Shown one piece after another: positions 1 to 13,014 of a DNA stretch of 64,000 bases. Within the stretch, counting starts at the first letter, position 1; the number at the start of each line of letters is the position of its first letter. Under the pieces are notes generated by a model, which was given only the letters and a program-made list of their open reading frames with translations, searched no databases and was not told where the DNA came from. The position numbers and the translations under genes are program-made. Source of the DNA: Methanotrichaceae archaeon (GTDB taxonomy: Archaea > Halobacteriota > Methanosarcinia > Methanotrichales > Methanotrichaceae); assembly GCA_963803145.1 (NCBI GenBank), contig CAWDLW010000016.1:1-64000 (forward strand), given 5' to 3'.

Positions 1-13
1 TTGTGTATGTGAC

Positions 14-778
14 CTATTGAAATGGGATCCTCCAAGTCATTAACTCCTTCATAGTCCAAATATGGTCGGTAATCAATTCAACCATCGCAGGCGTTCGAGG
101 GATCCATTTTTTAGGATTCAGAGCGAATCCCACTTCTTCCATGTCAAGGTTTATCTCAATTTTTAAAGAATCATGCGGCTTAACGAAGTTGTACCAAGCT
201 TGGAAAAAGTCTATTGCGCCGGTATGAATTTGCCTATCTTTACTAAAGTTCATAGACTCACGTATAAACCTGGCCAGATAATTCCTGAAAGTGAGATTCA
301 TTCGTTCGACGTAGGATGTCTGGATATGTTCTTTCGATGTTGGGCAAAGCAGTTCAAGCACATCTTTCGGGTCACCATATACAATCCGTTCAAATGTGTT
401 AACCACTTCATCATTCTTTTTATTTTTCACAATTTGAGCATATTTAAGGTCAGGAGGAGGAACAAGTATAGGATTTGGTTTTCTGCCTAGTCCTTTGTAT
501 TCAGGCGTCTCCTTGACACCGTAGACTTCAAGGAGGGCATTGGAAAATGGATCCCAATCATCGGAAACGAATACCGGAAGAGGTGTGCCTGTCGCCCGTC
601 TATGTTCTAAGTCACTAAATAAGGCAGTTGCATCTTCTATAGTTCGGCCACCTTCATGATGGCAGATTAGTAACCTTGATTCAGCATTTATTGCTGTCAG
701 ACTATATACGTCACCAACGTCTTTTGAGTCATAGCTACTTACATTTTTTTGTTTTTTTACAAAATGACCATATTTCAT
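14..778 (-). CDS. IS1 transposase C-terminal DDE part (InsB-like), probably fused by -1 frameshift
   Basis: 'FVSDDW', 'TSYVERMNLTFRNYLARF', 'YNFVKPH', 'RTPAM...TDHIW' motifs typical of IS1-type transposases. Confidence 0.85.
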   Translation of the reverse strand: MKYGHFVKKQKNVSSYDSKDVGDVYSLTAINAESRLLICHHEGGRTIEDATALFSDLEHRRATGTPLPVFVSDDWDPFSNALLEVYGVKETPEYKGLGRKPNPILVPPPDLKYAQIVKNKKNDEVVNTFERIVYGDPKDVLELLCPTSKEHIQTSYVERMNLTFRNYLARFIRESMNFSKDRQIHTGAIDFFQAWYNFVKPHDSLKIEINLDMEEVGFALNPKKWIPRTPAMVELITDHIWTMKELMTWRIPFQ

Positions 779-1151
779 CTATCTGCACTTGTGTAAGATG
801 AAGATGGTTCAGGAAGTAATCATTGACCTCTTTGCAATGATCCGCTGCCCTTTTGAGCCATCGGCAGATTGTATTTTTATCATGACCTGTAGATCTTGCA
901 ACACCACGAATACTGCCTTTTTCTACCAATTGGGCCAGGACATCTAAGACTTCCTCATCTGATGTGCTTAAACCGAAAAATATTGTTCCGCGAGTCTCGC
1001 TGAAACAATGACCACATGTTCTACACTTCAAGAGCGCACGGTTGTTCTTTCCATAGTGATCTTTTATCACTATGTTGCCTTTATCGTTTATGCCATAATC
1101 CTGGCAGCCTTCATGATGGCACCAGTAATCGGACAATGTAATATCAGACAT
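735..1151 (-). CDS. IS1 transposase N-terminal part (InsA-like Zn finger + HTH)
   Basis: C-x4-C...CRTC zinc ribbon, HTH 'SIRGVARSTGHDKNTICRW', 'QIDEIWSF' just before an A7-C-A7 slippery tract (744-758). Confidence 0.85.
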   Translation of the reverse strand: MSDITLSDYWCHHEGCQDYGINDKGNIVIKDHYGKNNRALLKCRTCGHCFSETRGTIFFGLSTSDEEVLDVLAQLVEKGSIRGVARSTGHDKNTICRWLKRAADHCKEVNDYFLNHLHLTQVQIDEIWSFCKKTKKCK

Positions 1152-1273
1152 TTTTGATACATCCCTTTTAAAGAATGTATCATTATAAACATATAACTAT
1201 TTCATCGGAACGCATACACGACCTAGATTTGAAGGTGCCGTAATAAGAGATACCGGCACTGTCTCTGGCAGTC

Positions 1274-2149
1274 TCACTTGACAACAGCATATGCAAAAGA
1301 TAGCAGATTACACACAGATCTGTCTTTATTTACCCCATGGAAATATGCTTTTTTATAATCCTCGCTGGTCACGTTGAGGATCTGGGAAAAATCTCTCTCT
1401 GCGAGATACGCCTCTACCATCTCTTCCTCGATGCCGAATTGCAACGGCTCTCCCTGCTCTGCCGCAAACTCCCTGATGTTTTTTGCCGCCTCTGATTCGC
1501 TTATCCCATCAACCATAGATTGCGGGTAGTAATCGAATATGATTGCGCTGCCTTTGCCTGAGCACTTAGAGATAAAAAATAGTGTCGCATCCACAGCATT
1601 GGGTGGTATGTACATGACCAGCCCTTCCATGATAAAGAGGGTCTTCTGAGATTTATTGTATCCTTTCTCCAATAACTTCTGGCCCAAGTCTTCGGATTCA
1701 AAATCAACAGAAACATACACGACATGCTCCGGAAGACGGCCGAATATCTTCTCGATTTTTTCGGTCTTTGCTATTTGGGTGTTGGGATGGTCCACCTCAA
1801 ATACCGTTATCTTATTCAGTCCTTCAATCCTGTACGCCCGGGTATCGTATCCGGTTCCAAGGATTACCAACTGCTCTAAGCCTTCGGAGATGGATGCTTT
1901 TACAAGATCGTCGAAGTATCGCACTCTAGCTCGGATTGAGTTGCCAAGCCCAGGAAAGAGACGTTCGTAATTCTCTCTCATCGCCTTTGCCTTTTCCGGG
2001 TTCTTGCGGGCAAATTCAAATATTTCCGGGTTAACGAAATGAATTGCATAGGGATCGTAGCAGATGCGCTCGCCTTCTGGCTTTGCAGACTCGACAACCC
2101 TGTGCATGGCAATCAACTCTGCCATCTTGCTAGGTCCTTTTGGCATCAA
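1274..2149 (-). CDS. SAM-dependent methyltransferase, leucine carboxyl methyltransferase (LCM)-like family
   Basis: 'RARVRYFDD', 'QLVILGTGYDTRAYR', 'VFEVDHP', 'FIMEGLVMY' motifs. Confidence 0.9.
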   Translation of the reverse strand: MMPKGPSKMAELIAMHRVVESAKPEGERICYDPYAIHFVNPEIFEFARKNPEKAKAMRENYERLFPGLGNSIRARVRYFDDLVKASISEGLEQLVILGTGYDTRAYRIEGLNKITVFEVDHPNTQIAKTEKIEKIFGRLPEHVVYVSVDFESEDLGQKLLEKGYNKSQKTLFIMEGLVMYIPPNAVDATLFFISKCSGKGSAIIFDYYPQSMVDGISESEAAKNIREFAAEQGEPLQFGIEEEMVEAYLAERDFSQILNVTSEDYKKAYFHGVNKDRSVCNLLSFAYAVVK

Positions 2150-2361
2150 TCATACCTCATGGAAGATTTGATATTTGTTGATGTGAAAAATCCTTTCGCT
2201 TATTACTCCGAAGCCATACACTCCTTAGCATCAAGCCAGAGTTCGCTTTTACGTAGATGAGTTCTGATTCTCTAGGAGGGTATACTCTTAAGGATTACTA
2301 GATTAATCAAGACCGTCAGTCCACCGGTTAGTTAATCAAGTTGCCTCGTATACATCATCTT

Positions 2362-3204
2362 ATGGTCAGAGTCGGAGTTCATGTCTCCATCGCTGGCGGT
2401 ATCGCCAATGCCGTAGATCGCGCGGCAGAAAAGGGATGCGATGTCTTCCAAATCTTCTCCAGGAATCCTCGCGGCTGGAGATTCAAGGATCTCTCTCCCG
2501 AAGATGCTGATAGCTTCGTGGCAAGGCTGAAAAAATCAGGAATCGGCCCAGCATTTGATCACATGCCTTATCTTCCAAACCTGGCTTCCCCAAAGGAAGA
2601 TGTTTACATCCAATCTGTAACGACCTTGGCAGGCAGAACTCAACAGATGTGGCCAGCTCCATATACCCTATTTAGTAACACATCTGGGAAGCCACCTCGG
2701 CTCTGGTCGAGAGATCGGGCTCAAAAGGCTCGTGGACGGCATATCGGCAGCATTTTCCAAGACGGAGAATGACGTAATGCTACTCCTTGAGAACACAGCG
2801 GGATCAAAGAACAGCATGGGCAGCTCTTTTGAGGATATAGCATCTATTTTGGACGCAAAGAATTCCGAGCGGCTTGGCGTCTGTCTGGATACTTGCCATC
2901 TCTTTGCCTCAGGATACGATCTTAGAACCCCGGAGGAGCTCGAACACACATTGGCGGAGTTTGAAAACCTTATTGGCCTTAGGAGATTAAAGCTGATTCA
3001 CCTCAACGACTCTAAAGGTGATCTGGGCTCTGGCCTGGATCGGCACGAGCACATTGGTCTCGGGAAAATAGGCGAAGCGGTTTCAGAGCCATTCTCGGGA
3101 ATGAGACGATTAAGGAATTGCCATTAATTCTTGAAACGCCTATTGATTCAAGAAGGGATGATAAAGGGAATATTAGGGTTGCAAGAAAGCTGGCTTCATC
3201 TTGA
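2362..3204 (+). pseudogene. nfo: Endonuclease IV (AP endonuclease) with two frameshifts (~2630, ~3078)
   Basis: Motifs spread over three frames: 'VGVHVSIAGG','QIFSRNPRGW','HMPYLPNLAS' / 'THLGSH','LLENTAG','CLDTCHLFASG','HLNDSK','DRHEHIG' / 'LPLILETP', TGA at 3202-3204. Confidence 0.85.
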
Positions 3205-3225
3205 AGCTGCTTTGATGAAGACAGT

Positions 3226-3915
3226 TCATGAGATACGGCTAAAACTGGCATATAAAAGGGTATTAGCTTTTAGAGATCCAAGAAGATTTGCAAAGGCAGA
3301 AATGGATCTGCCAAATCTACGGAAACGTATCTCAGCCTCCGCAAGATCATCTTTCTGATAGTTTCTCTTCTCGAGGACGAAAAGGGCGATGCATCCCAGA
3401 AGGCATAGAAGTCCTGCCAGTAAGAATGTAGCATTGAACCCCATAATCGTGGATATAGCCGCGCCTGCTGCGCCTGTCGCCGCAGTTCCGATTCCTGTTG
3501 AGGTTGAATATATCGACCACTGGAAGCTCTCCCTGCCCTTATCCAGATTTGCGGACCAAAGGCCTAGCCAAGTCGGATACGCGAGTCCGCTTCCAAGACC
3601 ATAGATCACCTCTGCCATATAGACCTGGTAGATACTATGCGCAGTCACGTAGATGATAGGCACAAGTGCCATAAGCAGAGTTCCTACTATCAGCCACTGC
3701 ATCTTCCTGGCATGGCCATCGATGTACCTCCCGAAGGGCAACTGTATCAGCGACTTTGTGAGCAAAAAGAGAGCGCTCGCTATCCCAGCAGTGAGCACAG
3801 AGCCTCCTATCACGCCACCGTTTATGAATATAGCCAGTATAGGCTGTATTAGCCCGAAACCGGTGAGTACGAAGACATCCGACAGCATCAGCATTTTCAT
3901 TGTGCGATTCATCAT
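3226..3915 (-). CDS. MFS-type membrane protein, about half length
   Basis: About 6 hydrophobic helices, MFS motif-A-like 'FGRYIDGHARK', basic C-terminal tail. Confidence 0.75.
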   Translation of the reverse strand: MMNRTMKMLMLSDVFVLTGFGLIQPILAIFINGGVIGGSVLTAGIASALFLLTKSLIQLPFGRYIDGHARKMQWLIVGTLLMALVPIIYVTAHSIYQVYMAEVIYGLGSGLAYPTWLGLWSANLDKGRESFQWSIYSTSTGIGTAATGAAGAAISTIMGFNATFLLAGLLCLLGCIALFVLEKRNYQKDDLAEAEIRFRRFGRSISAFANLLGSLKANTLLYASFSRIS

Positions 3916-4254
3916 AGCGAGTCACCTCCAAAAATTTTATAAACAATTTCTATATTCTATACGGAATTTAATTCCCGTTATAAAGATAATATGCATATTC
4001 CAGATGGCACATTGAAACTGCTCGATATTATCCAAATAGGGAACGCCTATGGCCCAAGCCAAGCTGAAAAGAGATATTATTTTAAGACGGACTTCAGATT
4101 GATGAAGTAAATTATTATTTTTAGCTTCACGAAAGATTATTTGAATTACATACTATATAAGCCTTTCTTAATACAAATAATATTAATAGGCGGTATATAG
4201 CATTGATGCGATTATGGTATCTTATTATAAAAAATAGAAGTGATGGATTGGGGC

Positions 4255-6645
4255 TTAGGTAATCCTAGCCACCGCTGCCACCTCATCCCCAGGCTTGACG
4301 TTCATGATCCGAACACCTTGTGTAGAACGTCCTTGCACTCGTATACCGCTTGCAGGCACTCGGATCATAATGCCGTCTTTGGTGGTGATAAGAAGCTCAT
4401 TATCTTCGGAAACATTCGTGGTGCAGCAGACATAGCCCTTCTTGGCATCGATATTCTTTACGCCCTTTCCGCCACGCCTCTGCAGGGGATACTCGCTAGG
4501 ATCAGTGCGCTTGCCGTATCCCTGGCTAGTGATAGTCAGAAGAGTTGCTTCTGGGTTTACCACATCCATGCTGATCAGCTCATCATCAGAATCAAGGCTA
4601 ATGGCCTTCACGCCCATTGTGCCGCGATTGCTTGCACGCACATTATCCTCGCTGAACCTTATCGCCTTTCCCTGCTTGGTTGCCACGATCAGCTCCTGGC
4701 CCCCATCCGTGAGCCTGGCTGCCACAAGGCTGTCGCCTTTGATATTAACTGCCTTTATGCCGCCCTTCCTAGGATTGGAAAAGGCCCTTATAGGCATCCT
4801 CACAACGCTTCCGCTCCTGGTGACAAGCACAATAAAGCCGTCCGCATCGAAGCTTTTCACAGGAATCGCTCCAGCGAGGTTCTCGTTCGGCTCCAGATGC
4901 AGGAGGTTGACTATTGACTTTCCGCGAGAGGCTCGCCCTAGAGATGGAACCTCATAAACCTTGAGCCAGTGAGCCTTGCCTTTATTTGTGAAGAACAGCA
5001 GATAATCCTTTGTGGAGGCTGTGAACACATCCGTCACGAAATCCTCATTTTTAGTCTCGGCTCCGATAACGCCGCGTCCTCCTCGTTTCTGCATCCTGTA
5101 GGCCGTCAAGGGCTGCCTCTTGATGTAGCCGCCGCTTGTCATCATTACGGCCACTTCCTCCTCCTGGATAAGATCCTCGTTGCTGACCTCGCCCTCAGGC
5201 TCAATTATCTCTGTGCGTCGGTCATCCCCATATTTATCAACGAGTTCCTTCAGCTCAGATTTTATGATATCCAGTATCTCAATGCTGCTGGATAGGATCT
5301 CCCTTAGACGAGCAATGGTTTTCTCAAGCTCATTCGCCTCGGAGATAATTTTTTCCTGCTCAAGGCCGGTGAGACGCTGTAGCCTCATATCCAGTATAGC
5401 CTTGGCCTGCTCCTCGGATAGTTCAAAGGCGCTAATCAGGCCATCTTTGGCTTCAGTCGGCGAGGGTGAAGATCTTATGAGCTTTATAACTGCATCGATA
5501 TTTCTGAGAGCGATGAGGAGTCCCGCTAGGATATGTGCACGCTTCTCAGCCTGATCGAGCTCAAATCTGGTCCTGCGCTCTATCACAACAGAACGGTACT
5601 TGACGTACTGCTCCAGGGTGTCCTTGAGCGGGAGGTATCTGGGCTGGCCATCCACTAGTACAAGATTGATTATGCCGTAGCTGACCTGAAGTGCGGTATG
5701 CTTATGCAGCTGATTCAGGACCACATGCGCATTGAATCCGCTCTTGACCTCGACAACAAGGCGGATGCCGTCCCTGTCGGACTCATCCCTTAGATCAGAT
5801 ATGCCCTCAAGTCGTCCAGCCTTGATCTGCTCAGCCATGTCCTCAATCAGCTTGGCTTTGTTCGTCTGGTAAGGAAGCTCTGTGAAGATTATTTTTGTGC
5901 CCTTAGATCCTTCCTCGATCTCGGACTTGGCACGGATCAGTATACTCCCTCTGCCTGTTTGGTATGCCGACTCAATTCCAGTCCTGCCGATGATGTACGC
6001 GCCTGTAGGGAAATCAGGGCCCGGCAAGAAGTCCATCAGGTCACCGAGCGGCGTATCGGGCTCATCTATCAGATGTATTATCGCAGAAGCTAGCTCCGTT
6101 AGATTATGCGGCGGAATGTTCGTCGCCATTCCGACTGCAATGCCTGTTGAGCCGTTCAGGAGCAGATTTGGTAATTTAGCAGGCAGCACCGACGGTTCCT
6201 TGAGAGAGCCGTCGTAGTTGGGCACGAAATCAACAGTCTCCTTCTCGATATCCTCGAGCATCTCGCCTGCTATTTTGGAGAGACGAACCTCGGTGTAACG
6301 CATGGCTGCAGCAGGATCGCCATCAATGGATCCAAAGTTTCCCTGGCCATCGATGAGAGGATAGCGCATTGAGAATGTCTGGGCCATTCTGACCATTGTT
6401 TCGTAGATGGCTGCATCGCCGTGAGGGTGATACTTACCCATCACATCACCCACAATACGAGCAGATTTCTTGTAGGGCTGGTCGTGGGTCATGCCCTGCT
6501 CATACATGCCATAGAGAATGCGTCGATGTACCGGCTTCAGCCCGTCTCTGACATCGGGGAGAGCCCTTGCTACAATGACGCTCATGGCGTAATCGATGAA
6601 GGAAGACTTCATTTCCTCGCTGATATTAACCTGTACTTCAGTCAA
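4255..6645 (-). CDS. gyrA: DNA gyrase subunit A
   Basis: '[10 protein letters not shown]','YHPHGD','AAMRYTE', GyrA-box 'QKRGGRG'. Confidence 0.98.
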   Translation of the reverse strand: MTEVQVNISEEMKSSFIDYAMSVIVARALPDVRDGLKPVHRRILYGMYEQGMTHDQPYKKSARIVGDVMGKYHPHGDAAIYETMVRMAQTFSMRYPLIDGQGNFGSIDGDPAAAMRYTEVRLSKIAGEMLEDIEKETVDFVPNYDGSLKEPSVLPAKLPNLLLNGSTGIAVGMATNIPPHNLTELASAIIHLIDEPDTPLGDLMDFLPGPDFPTGAYIIGRTGIESAYQTGRGSILIRAKSEIEEGSKGTKIIFTELPYQTNKAKLIEDMAEQIKAGRLEGISDLRDESDRDGIRLVVEVKSGFNAHVVLNQLHKHTALQVSYGIINLVLVDGQPRYLPLKDTLEQYVKYRSVVIERRTRFELDQAEKRAHILAGLLIALRNIDAVIKLIRSSPSPTEAKDGLISAFELSEEQAKAILDMRLQRLTGLEQEKIISEANELEKTIARLREILSSSIEILDIIKSELKELVDKYGDDRRTEIIEPEGEVSNEDLIQEEEVAVMMTSGGYIKRQPLTAYRMQKRGGRGVIGAETKNEDFVTDVFTASTKDYLLFFTNKGKAHWLKVYEVPSLGRASRGKSIVNLLHLEPNENLAGAIPVKSFDADGFIVLVTRSGSVVRMPIRAFSNPRKGGIKAVNIKGDSLVAARLTDGGQELIVATKQGKAIRFSEDNVRASNRGTMGVKAISLDSDDELISMDVVNPEATLLTITSQGYGKRTDPSEYPLQRRGGKGVKNIDAKKGYVCCTTNVSEDNELLITTKDGIMIRVPASGIRVQGRSTQGVRIMNVKPGDEVAAVARIT

Positions 6646-6653
6646 TTTCGCCT

Positions 6654-8549
<1,896 letters not shown>

Positions 8550-8742
8550 TTAAACCTCCTGAATAATTAGGACCATAATGAAATAACCTGGCCGAATATA
8601 AGCTTTTCTATTTTATATCCAGCCAATATTATTTATTGATTTATGGGCACACTAGGCTCTGTCCTGTCACAGGATATCATCTTATGAAGATTCAAATCTA
8701 TGATATAAAATTTTTTATAATCTCGCAGTAAAAATCGTAAGA

Positions 8743-8814
8743 AGCCAAGGTCCGGATTTGAACCGGAGTGGTATTGCTCTGCAGGCAATTGCGTGGCCGC
8801 TCCGCCACCTTGGC
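8743..8814 (-). tRNA. tRNA-Cys(GCA)
   Basis: Minus strand GCCAAGGTGGCGGAGCGGCCACGCAATTGCCT-GCA-GAGCAATACCACTCCGGTTCAAATCCGGACCTTGGCT; 72 nt cloverleaf, U discriminator. Confidence 0.95.
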
Positions 8815-9148
8815 ATTCCATAGTAAACATATCGAGGGCCATAGACCTTATCAGTCGGTCCTCATAATCTTAAATGGAACTCATAACCTATAAAGATTGG
8901 CATTGAGGCAATTTTACCATTGAGCAAATAATCAGGCAATTGGGCGTATATTCTACGATACTTCTTGTAATATCCTCGTAAGGGATCGATTAGCAAGGGG
9001 TTGCATGCATAAGTATACATAATAGATCACAAAAATTTATATATGATTAGTTAGAAAAAATCAATCCTTCGCCAGGGATTGCACAAGCTCAGGCGAAAAG
9101 TATTAATCAAGCAGTGAAAAATGGAGTTTACAGTGGGGGAATTTAGTC

Positions 9149-9436
9149 GTGGTAATAGGATTAACTATGATCAAGGTTAGACCCGGATATGAAAAATCTG
9201 CGTATAGAGCTTTGCAAAAACGATCGGAGATAAAGGATATTTATCATCTCTTCGGAGAGTTCAGCTTCTTCCTGGTCATGCAGGCCGAAGGCAGGCCCAA
9301 GCTTGACCAGCTTATGATGGATATTAGAAAAGGGGATATGATTGTTAAAACAAGTCCCGTCATGGTCGCAGTAGGAAGCGACCATGCAGACTCCATTTTT
9401 TCGCCTATCTCTGAAAGATCTTACGGCTATAGCTAG
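9149..9436 (+). CDS. Lrp/AsnC ligand-binding domain protein
   Basis: 'MIKVRPGYEKSAY...DIYHLFGEFSFFLVMQAE' stand-alone RAM domain pattern. Confidence 0.75.
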   Translation: MVIGLTMIKVRPGYEKSAYRALQKRSEIKDIYHLFGEFSFFLVMQAEGRPKLDQLMMDIRKGDMIVKTSPVMVAVGSDHADSIFSPISERSYGYS

Positions 9437-9494
9437 GTCTTTAAGCCTTTTTTGATGAATGATTCAAATGTATTGTTGACAGGAAAAATCTCTT

Positions 9495-9914
9495 TTACTT
9501 CTCTGAGGAGGTTGGCTCTTCAAGTGGTGTAAACTTCGTGCCGTAATAAATTATGCCTCTATCTCCTTCCTTGCCAAGAATCCTGAAGACAGGTCTCACG
9601 CGCATGCCTATTTTAACTTCGCTGGAACTGGGGACTATCTGACCTGTCAGCCTTGGCCCTTCATCGAGTTCAATGATCGCCAAATAGTAGGGCGTCTGTC
9701 TCTCGAAGTCCTCTGTGGCGCTATGAATGATAGTAAAAGTAATAACAGTGCCAGTTCCCTTGAACTTGTGCTCCTCTAGTTGCGCGTTTCTCCTACAGTT
9801 GGGGCAAATATTCCTGGGTGGGAAGAAATATTCGTCACAGTTTGAGCAATGTGTTCCGATAAGGCTGTATCTCTGAGGTATACACCTCCAGAACCTGGGC
9901 GCATGAGTCGTCAT
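9495..9914 (-). CDS. DUF35 Zn-ribbon/OB-fold protein (thiolase-HMGCS complex scaffold)
   Basis: CxxC-x10-CxxC plus 'GTVITFTII...PYYLAIIELDEGPRLTGQI'; downstream of thiolase and HMG-CoA synthase. Confidence 0.92.
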   Translation of the reverse strand: MTTHAPRFWRCIPQRYSLIGTHCSNCDEYFFPPRNICPNCRRNAQLEEHKFKGTGTVITFTIIHSATEDFERQTPYYLAIIELDEGPRLTGQIVPSSSEVKIGMRVRPVFRILGKEGDRGIIYYGTKFTPLEEPTSSEK

Positions 9915-10012
9915 GATTACCTCGAAAGGGTATGGATTGCCATGATTACCTCGAAAGGGTATGGGTTGCCGTGATTACCTCGAAAGGGTATGGGTTGCCA
10001 TGATTACCTCGA
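9912..10012. repeat. 29-bp tandem repeat, 3 units plus a 14-bp partial unit
   Basis: Unit CATGATTACCTCGAAAGGGTATGGGTTGC starting at 9912, 9941, 9970 and 9999 (partial); single substitutions between units; no spacers. Confidence 0.95.
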
Positions 10013-11167
10013 TAGGATATGGACTATGGCAGTTCCCCCGGATCCTCCCACATTATGCGTAAGTCCAATTTCCGCCTCATCTACTTGTCGTTTGCCAGCC
10101 TCGCCTCGAAGCTGCAATGCAATCTCATATGCCTGCTTTATGCCTGTCGCGCCCACTGGATGGCCGCATGCCTTAAGCCCGCCTGAGGTATTTATGGGCA
10201 GACGACCGCCAAGGGCCGTGATCCCCTCCTCGGCGGCTTTGCCACCCTGGCCCTTTTCGATGAAACCCAGATCCTCGATTGCAAGGATCTCGCCTATAGT
10301 GAAGCAATCATGTACCTCGGCAATATCCACCTGGCCCGGTCCTATCTTCGCCTGGCTGAATGCTTTTTTGGCAGCATGGACTGTGGCATCGAGAGTAGTC
10401 AAATCTCGACGGTCATGTAGCGCAAGTGTATCGCTCGCCTGGCCACTCCCGATAATTTTTATAGGCGTGTCTGAGTACTTCTGGGCTATATCTGTGGGGG
10501 CAAGGATAACGACGGCAGCGCCATCGGAAATAGGTGAGCAATCGAGAACATGTAAAGGATCGGCCACCATAGGAGATCTATCGACGTCATCGATGCTGAT
10601 CTCCACATGGTACTGGGCAATAGGATTTAGATTTCCGTGATGGTGATTCTTCACTGCAACTTGGGCAAGTTGATCGTGAGTTGTTCCATATTTTCGCATA
10701 TGGAGTCTGGCCATCATGGCATAGAGCGCGGGGAAGGTTGCTCCGAAGAAGCACTCCCACTCTCTATCTGCGGCCGCCGCCAATGCATCAACAGCTGTGC
10801 CTGATGAGACATCCGTCATCTTTTCGACACCAGAAGCTATTACAATATCCTGATAGCCGCTTGCAACTGCGAGTACTGCCTGTCGGAGAGCAAGACCACC
10901 TGAGGCGCATGCTGCCTCTACACGAGTGCTGGGGATGTGAAGCCTGGAAAGACCTGCGCAGTCTGCGATGAGCGCGCCGATATGCTCCTGATCGATAAAC
11001 CTCCCGCCACTCATGTTGCCGACGTAGAGGGCATCGATCTGCTCGCCCATGATACTGGCATCGTCCATTGCCATGACGCCTGCCTCGGCCACCATATCGC
11101 GCAGTGAGACATCCCAGCGTTCTCCGAACTTTGTGCAACCGATGCCAATGATAGATACCGATCTCAT
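10004..11167 (-). CDS. Acetoacetyl-CoA thiolase (archaeal)
   Basis: 'EAACASG','AEVHDCF','GHPVGATG','HNVGG'. Confidence 0.95.
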   Translation of the reverse strand: MRSVSIIGIGCTKFGERWDVSLRDMVAEAGVMAMDDASIMGEQIDALYVGNMSGGRFIDQEHIGALIADCAGLSRLHIPSTRVEAACASGGLALRQAVLAVASGYQDIVIASGVEKMTDVSSGTAVDALAAAADREWECFFGATFPALYAMMARLHMRKYGTTHDQLAQVAVKNHHHGNLNPIAQYHVEISIDDVDRSPMVADPLHVLDCSPISDGAAVVILAPTDIAQKYSDTPIKIIGSGQASDTLALHDRRDLTTLDATVHAAKKAFSQAKIGPGQVDIAEVHDCFTIGEILAIEDLGFIEKGQGGKAAEEGITALGGRLPINTSGGLKACGHPVGATGIKQAYEIALQLRGEAGKRQVDEAEIGLTHNVGGSGGTAIVHILSR

Positions 11168-12210
11168 GTTTTCAACTTGCCTTTATGCTTGGCATACATG
11201 GCGTAATCGAGATACTGGGCGTTGCCTATGTAATCGCGCACGCTCGGGGCTCCTGCGCGGATATTCTCTATCCTGTCCTTTACAGCTATGCTGAATGCAT
11301 CGCTGCCCGCGCCAGAGCCGAAGCTTGTCACGAATATCCTCTCATCCGGCTTTGCCACATCTAGCGTCGCTGCGAGACCAATCAGGCATGAGCCCGAATA
11401 GGTGTTTCCTATCATTGGCACCACTAGCCCGGGCTCTATCTGCTCCTTTGTAAAGCCCAGCTTCCTGGCAACGCGAACAGGGAACTTGCCGTTGGGCTGG
11501 TGAAAAACCGCGTAATCATAATCGCTCGGGCTGGTCCCGAGGCGCTCCATTAGGCCTGTTGCGGCGGAGGTTACATGTTTGAAATATGCAGGCTCGCCCG
11601 TAAACCGGCCGCTATGTTCAGGATAAGGCATGCCCTCGCGCCTCCAGAAGTCAGGCGTATCTGTTGTAAAGGAATAAACGCCCTCTATCTCGGCTGCCAG
11701 ATCCTTGCTCCCTATGATGTATGCCGCGCCTCCTGCTGCAGCCGTGTACTCCAGCATATCGCCTGGCGCTCCCTGGCTTACGTCAGATCCTATCGCCAGT
11801 CCTAGATCGATCATGTTGGAGCCCACTAGGCCCATGCATGCCTGGATGGCAGCGGTGCCTGCTTTACAGGCGAACTCGAAATCTGCGGCTGTAAATGTCG
11901 ATGAGCAGCATATGGCCTCTCCTACTATCGTGCCTGTGGGCTTGACTGCATAAGGGTGGCTCTCAGATCCCGCATAGATTGCACCAATTCTACGTGGGTC
12001 TAGGTCGGCACGCATGAGCGCATTCCTTGCAGCCTCGACAGCAATTGTCACTGCATCTTCGTCAAGGTCGGGTACTGATTTCTCAAAGACGCGCAGGCTT
12101 GCAGAGATATCCTCCCCATCACCCCAGACCCTAGCGATCTCATCCGCCCGTATTCTATATCTGGGAATATAAACGCCGTAGCTTACTATACCTGAGACCA
12201 AAAGCTTCAC
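11164..12210 (-). CDS. Hydroxymethylglutaryl-CoA synthase (archaeal)
   Basis: '[11 protein letters not shown]','EFACKAGT','FHQPNGKFP','GNTYSG'. Confidence 0.95.
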   Translation of the reverse strand: MKLLVSGIVSYGVYIPRYRIRADEIARVWGDGEDISASLRVFEKSVPDLDEDAVTIAVEAARNALMRADLDPRRIGAIYAGSESHPYAVKPTGTIVGEAICCSSTFTAADFEFACKAGTAAIQACMGLVGSNMIDLGLAIGSDVSQGAPGDMLEYTAAAGGAAYIIGSKDLAAEIEGVYSFTTDTPDFWRREGMPYPEHSGRFTGEPAYFKHVTSAATGLMERLGTSPSDYDYAVFHQPNGKFPVRVARKLGFTKEQIEPGLVVPMIGNTYSGSCLIGLAATLDVAKPDERIFVTSFGSGAGSDAFSIAVKDRIENIRAGAPSVRDYIGNAQYLDYAMYAKHKGKLKT

Positions 12211-12926
12211 CTTTTGTTCAGAGCGCTGGAGACTTCATCCACAGAAAAATGAGTCGTTAGAAGGGGTATATTCTCAACCTCGGCGATTTTAACAGCTATA
12301 GAATCTACATCTGATGGCTCCAGTCCCTGCAGGATTACGGCGCCCGGCTTGAGGTTGCTTACCCGAACAGCAACCATCGGCGATTTGCCTGAATTCACTC
12401 CAGTGAAGATCAGTGCACGGGCAGTGCTTCGTCCATAGATCTTTTGGAACTGATCAGGCAGCAGCTCGACTATAGCTTTCATGCTGTCTATGATTGTGTA
12501 GCCCCAAATAGAGATGTTGATATTGCCAAAGACCACAATAGCATCCAACTTCGCCACTATATCCGAAAGAAGCACCGGCTCCTGATACTCGCATATGCTG
12601 CAGATCGCATCCATTCCAATCATATCTCCGAAGATGCTCTCGTAAGTTCGGAGGATGTTGCAGCCGCGCAGCTCGTCTATCTTCAACAGCGCATCTATTA
12701 TTCTGCTGACAATCATTATTCCAGGAGATCTTCTCCTGCCGCTTTCATAATCAGATATTACCGATGGAGAAATACCTAGATGGTTGGATAAGTCTGTCTG
12801 CGTTATGCCAAAGTTCCTGCGCCACTTCCTGAGTGTTTCGCCGGGGTTTTGAGATAAGGTGATCTCTCCAGCAATTTTCTCTGCGAGAAGTCCTCTCGCA
12901 TTGGAGATCTCGCCTCCAGAATACAT
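12207..12926 (-). CDS. XRE-type HTH transcriptional regulator with DRTGG-like C-terminal domain
   Basis: '[11 protein letters not shown]...PGETLRKWR...[17 protein letters not shown]','[17 protein letters not shown]'; first gene of the HMGCS operon. Confidence 0.85.
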   Translation of the reverse strand: MYSGGEISNARGLLAEKIAGEITLSQNPGETLRKWRRNFGITQTDLSNHLGISPSVISDYESGRRRSPGIMIVSRIIDALLKIDELRGCNILRTYESIFGDMIGMDAICSICEYQEPVLLSDIVAKLDAIVVFGNINISIWGYTIIDSMKAIVELLPDQFQKIYGRSTARALIFTGVNSGKSPMVAVRVSNLKPGAVILQGLEPSDVDSIAVKIAEVENIPLLTTHFSVDEVSSALNKR

Positions 12927-13014
12927 AAAGGTTGACTCGTCTAACTAGGATATAAATCTAGCGAAAAGCGATTCGACATTCAACGCAAGAAAAAATTTAA
13001 AAAGAAAAAGTCTA

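Larger units (their letters stand above)
1..1223 (-). mobile_element. IS1-family insertion sequence (one end cut by the window edge)
   Basis: Two overlapping InsA/InsB-like ORFs. Imperfect terminal IRs: minus-strand GGTCGTGTATGCGTTCCGATGAAAT from 1223 vs plus-strand TTGTGTATGTGACCTATTGAAAT at 1-23 (leading GG presumably just outside the window). Confidence 0.85.

Noticed and set aside
8633-8842. ORFs overlapping tRNA-Cys (and 12980-13267 over tRNA-Gly)
   Set aside because: They span tRNA genes and are spurious.
9912-10012. CRISPR array
   Set aside because: 29-bp units are contiguous with no spacers, and no cas genes are in the window.
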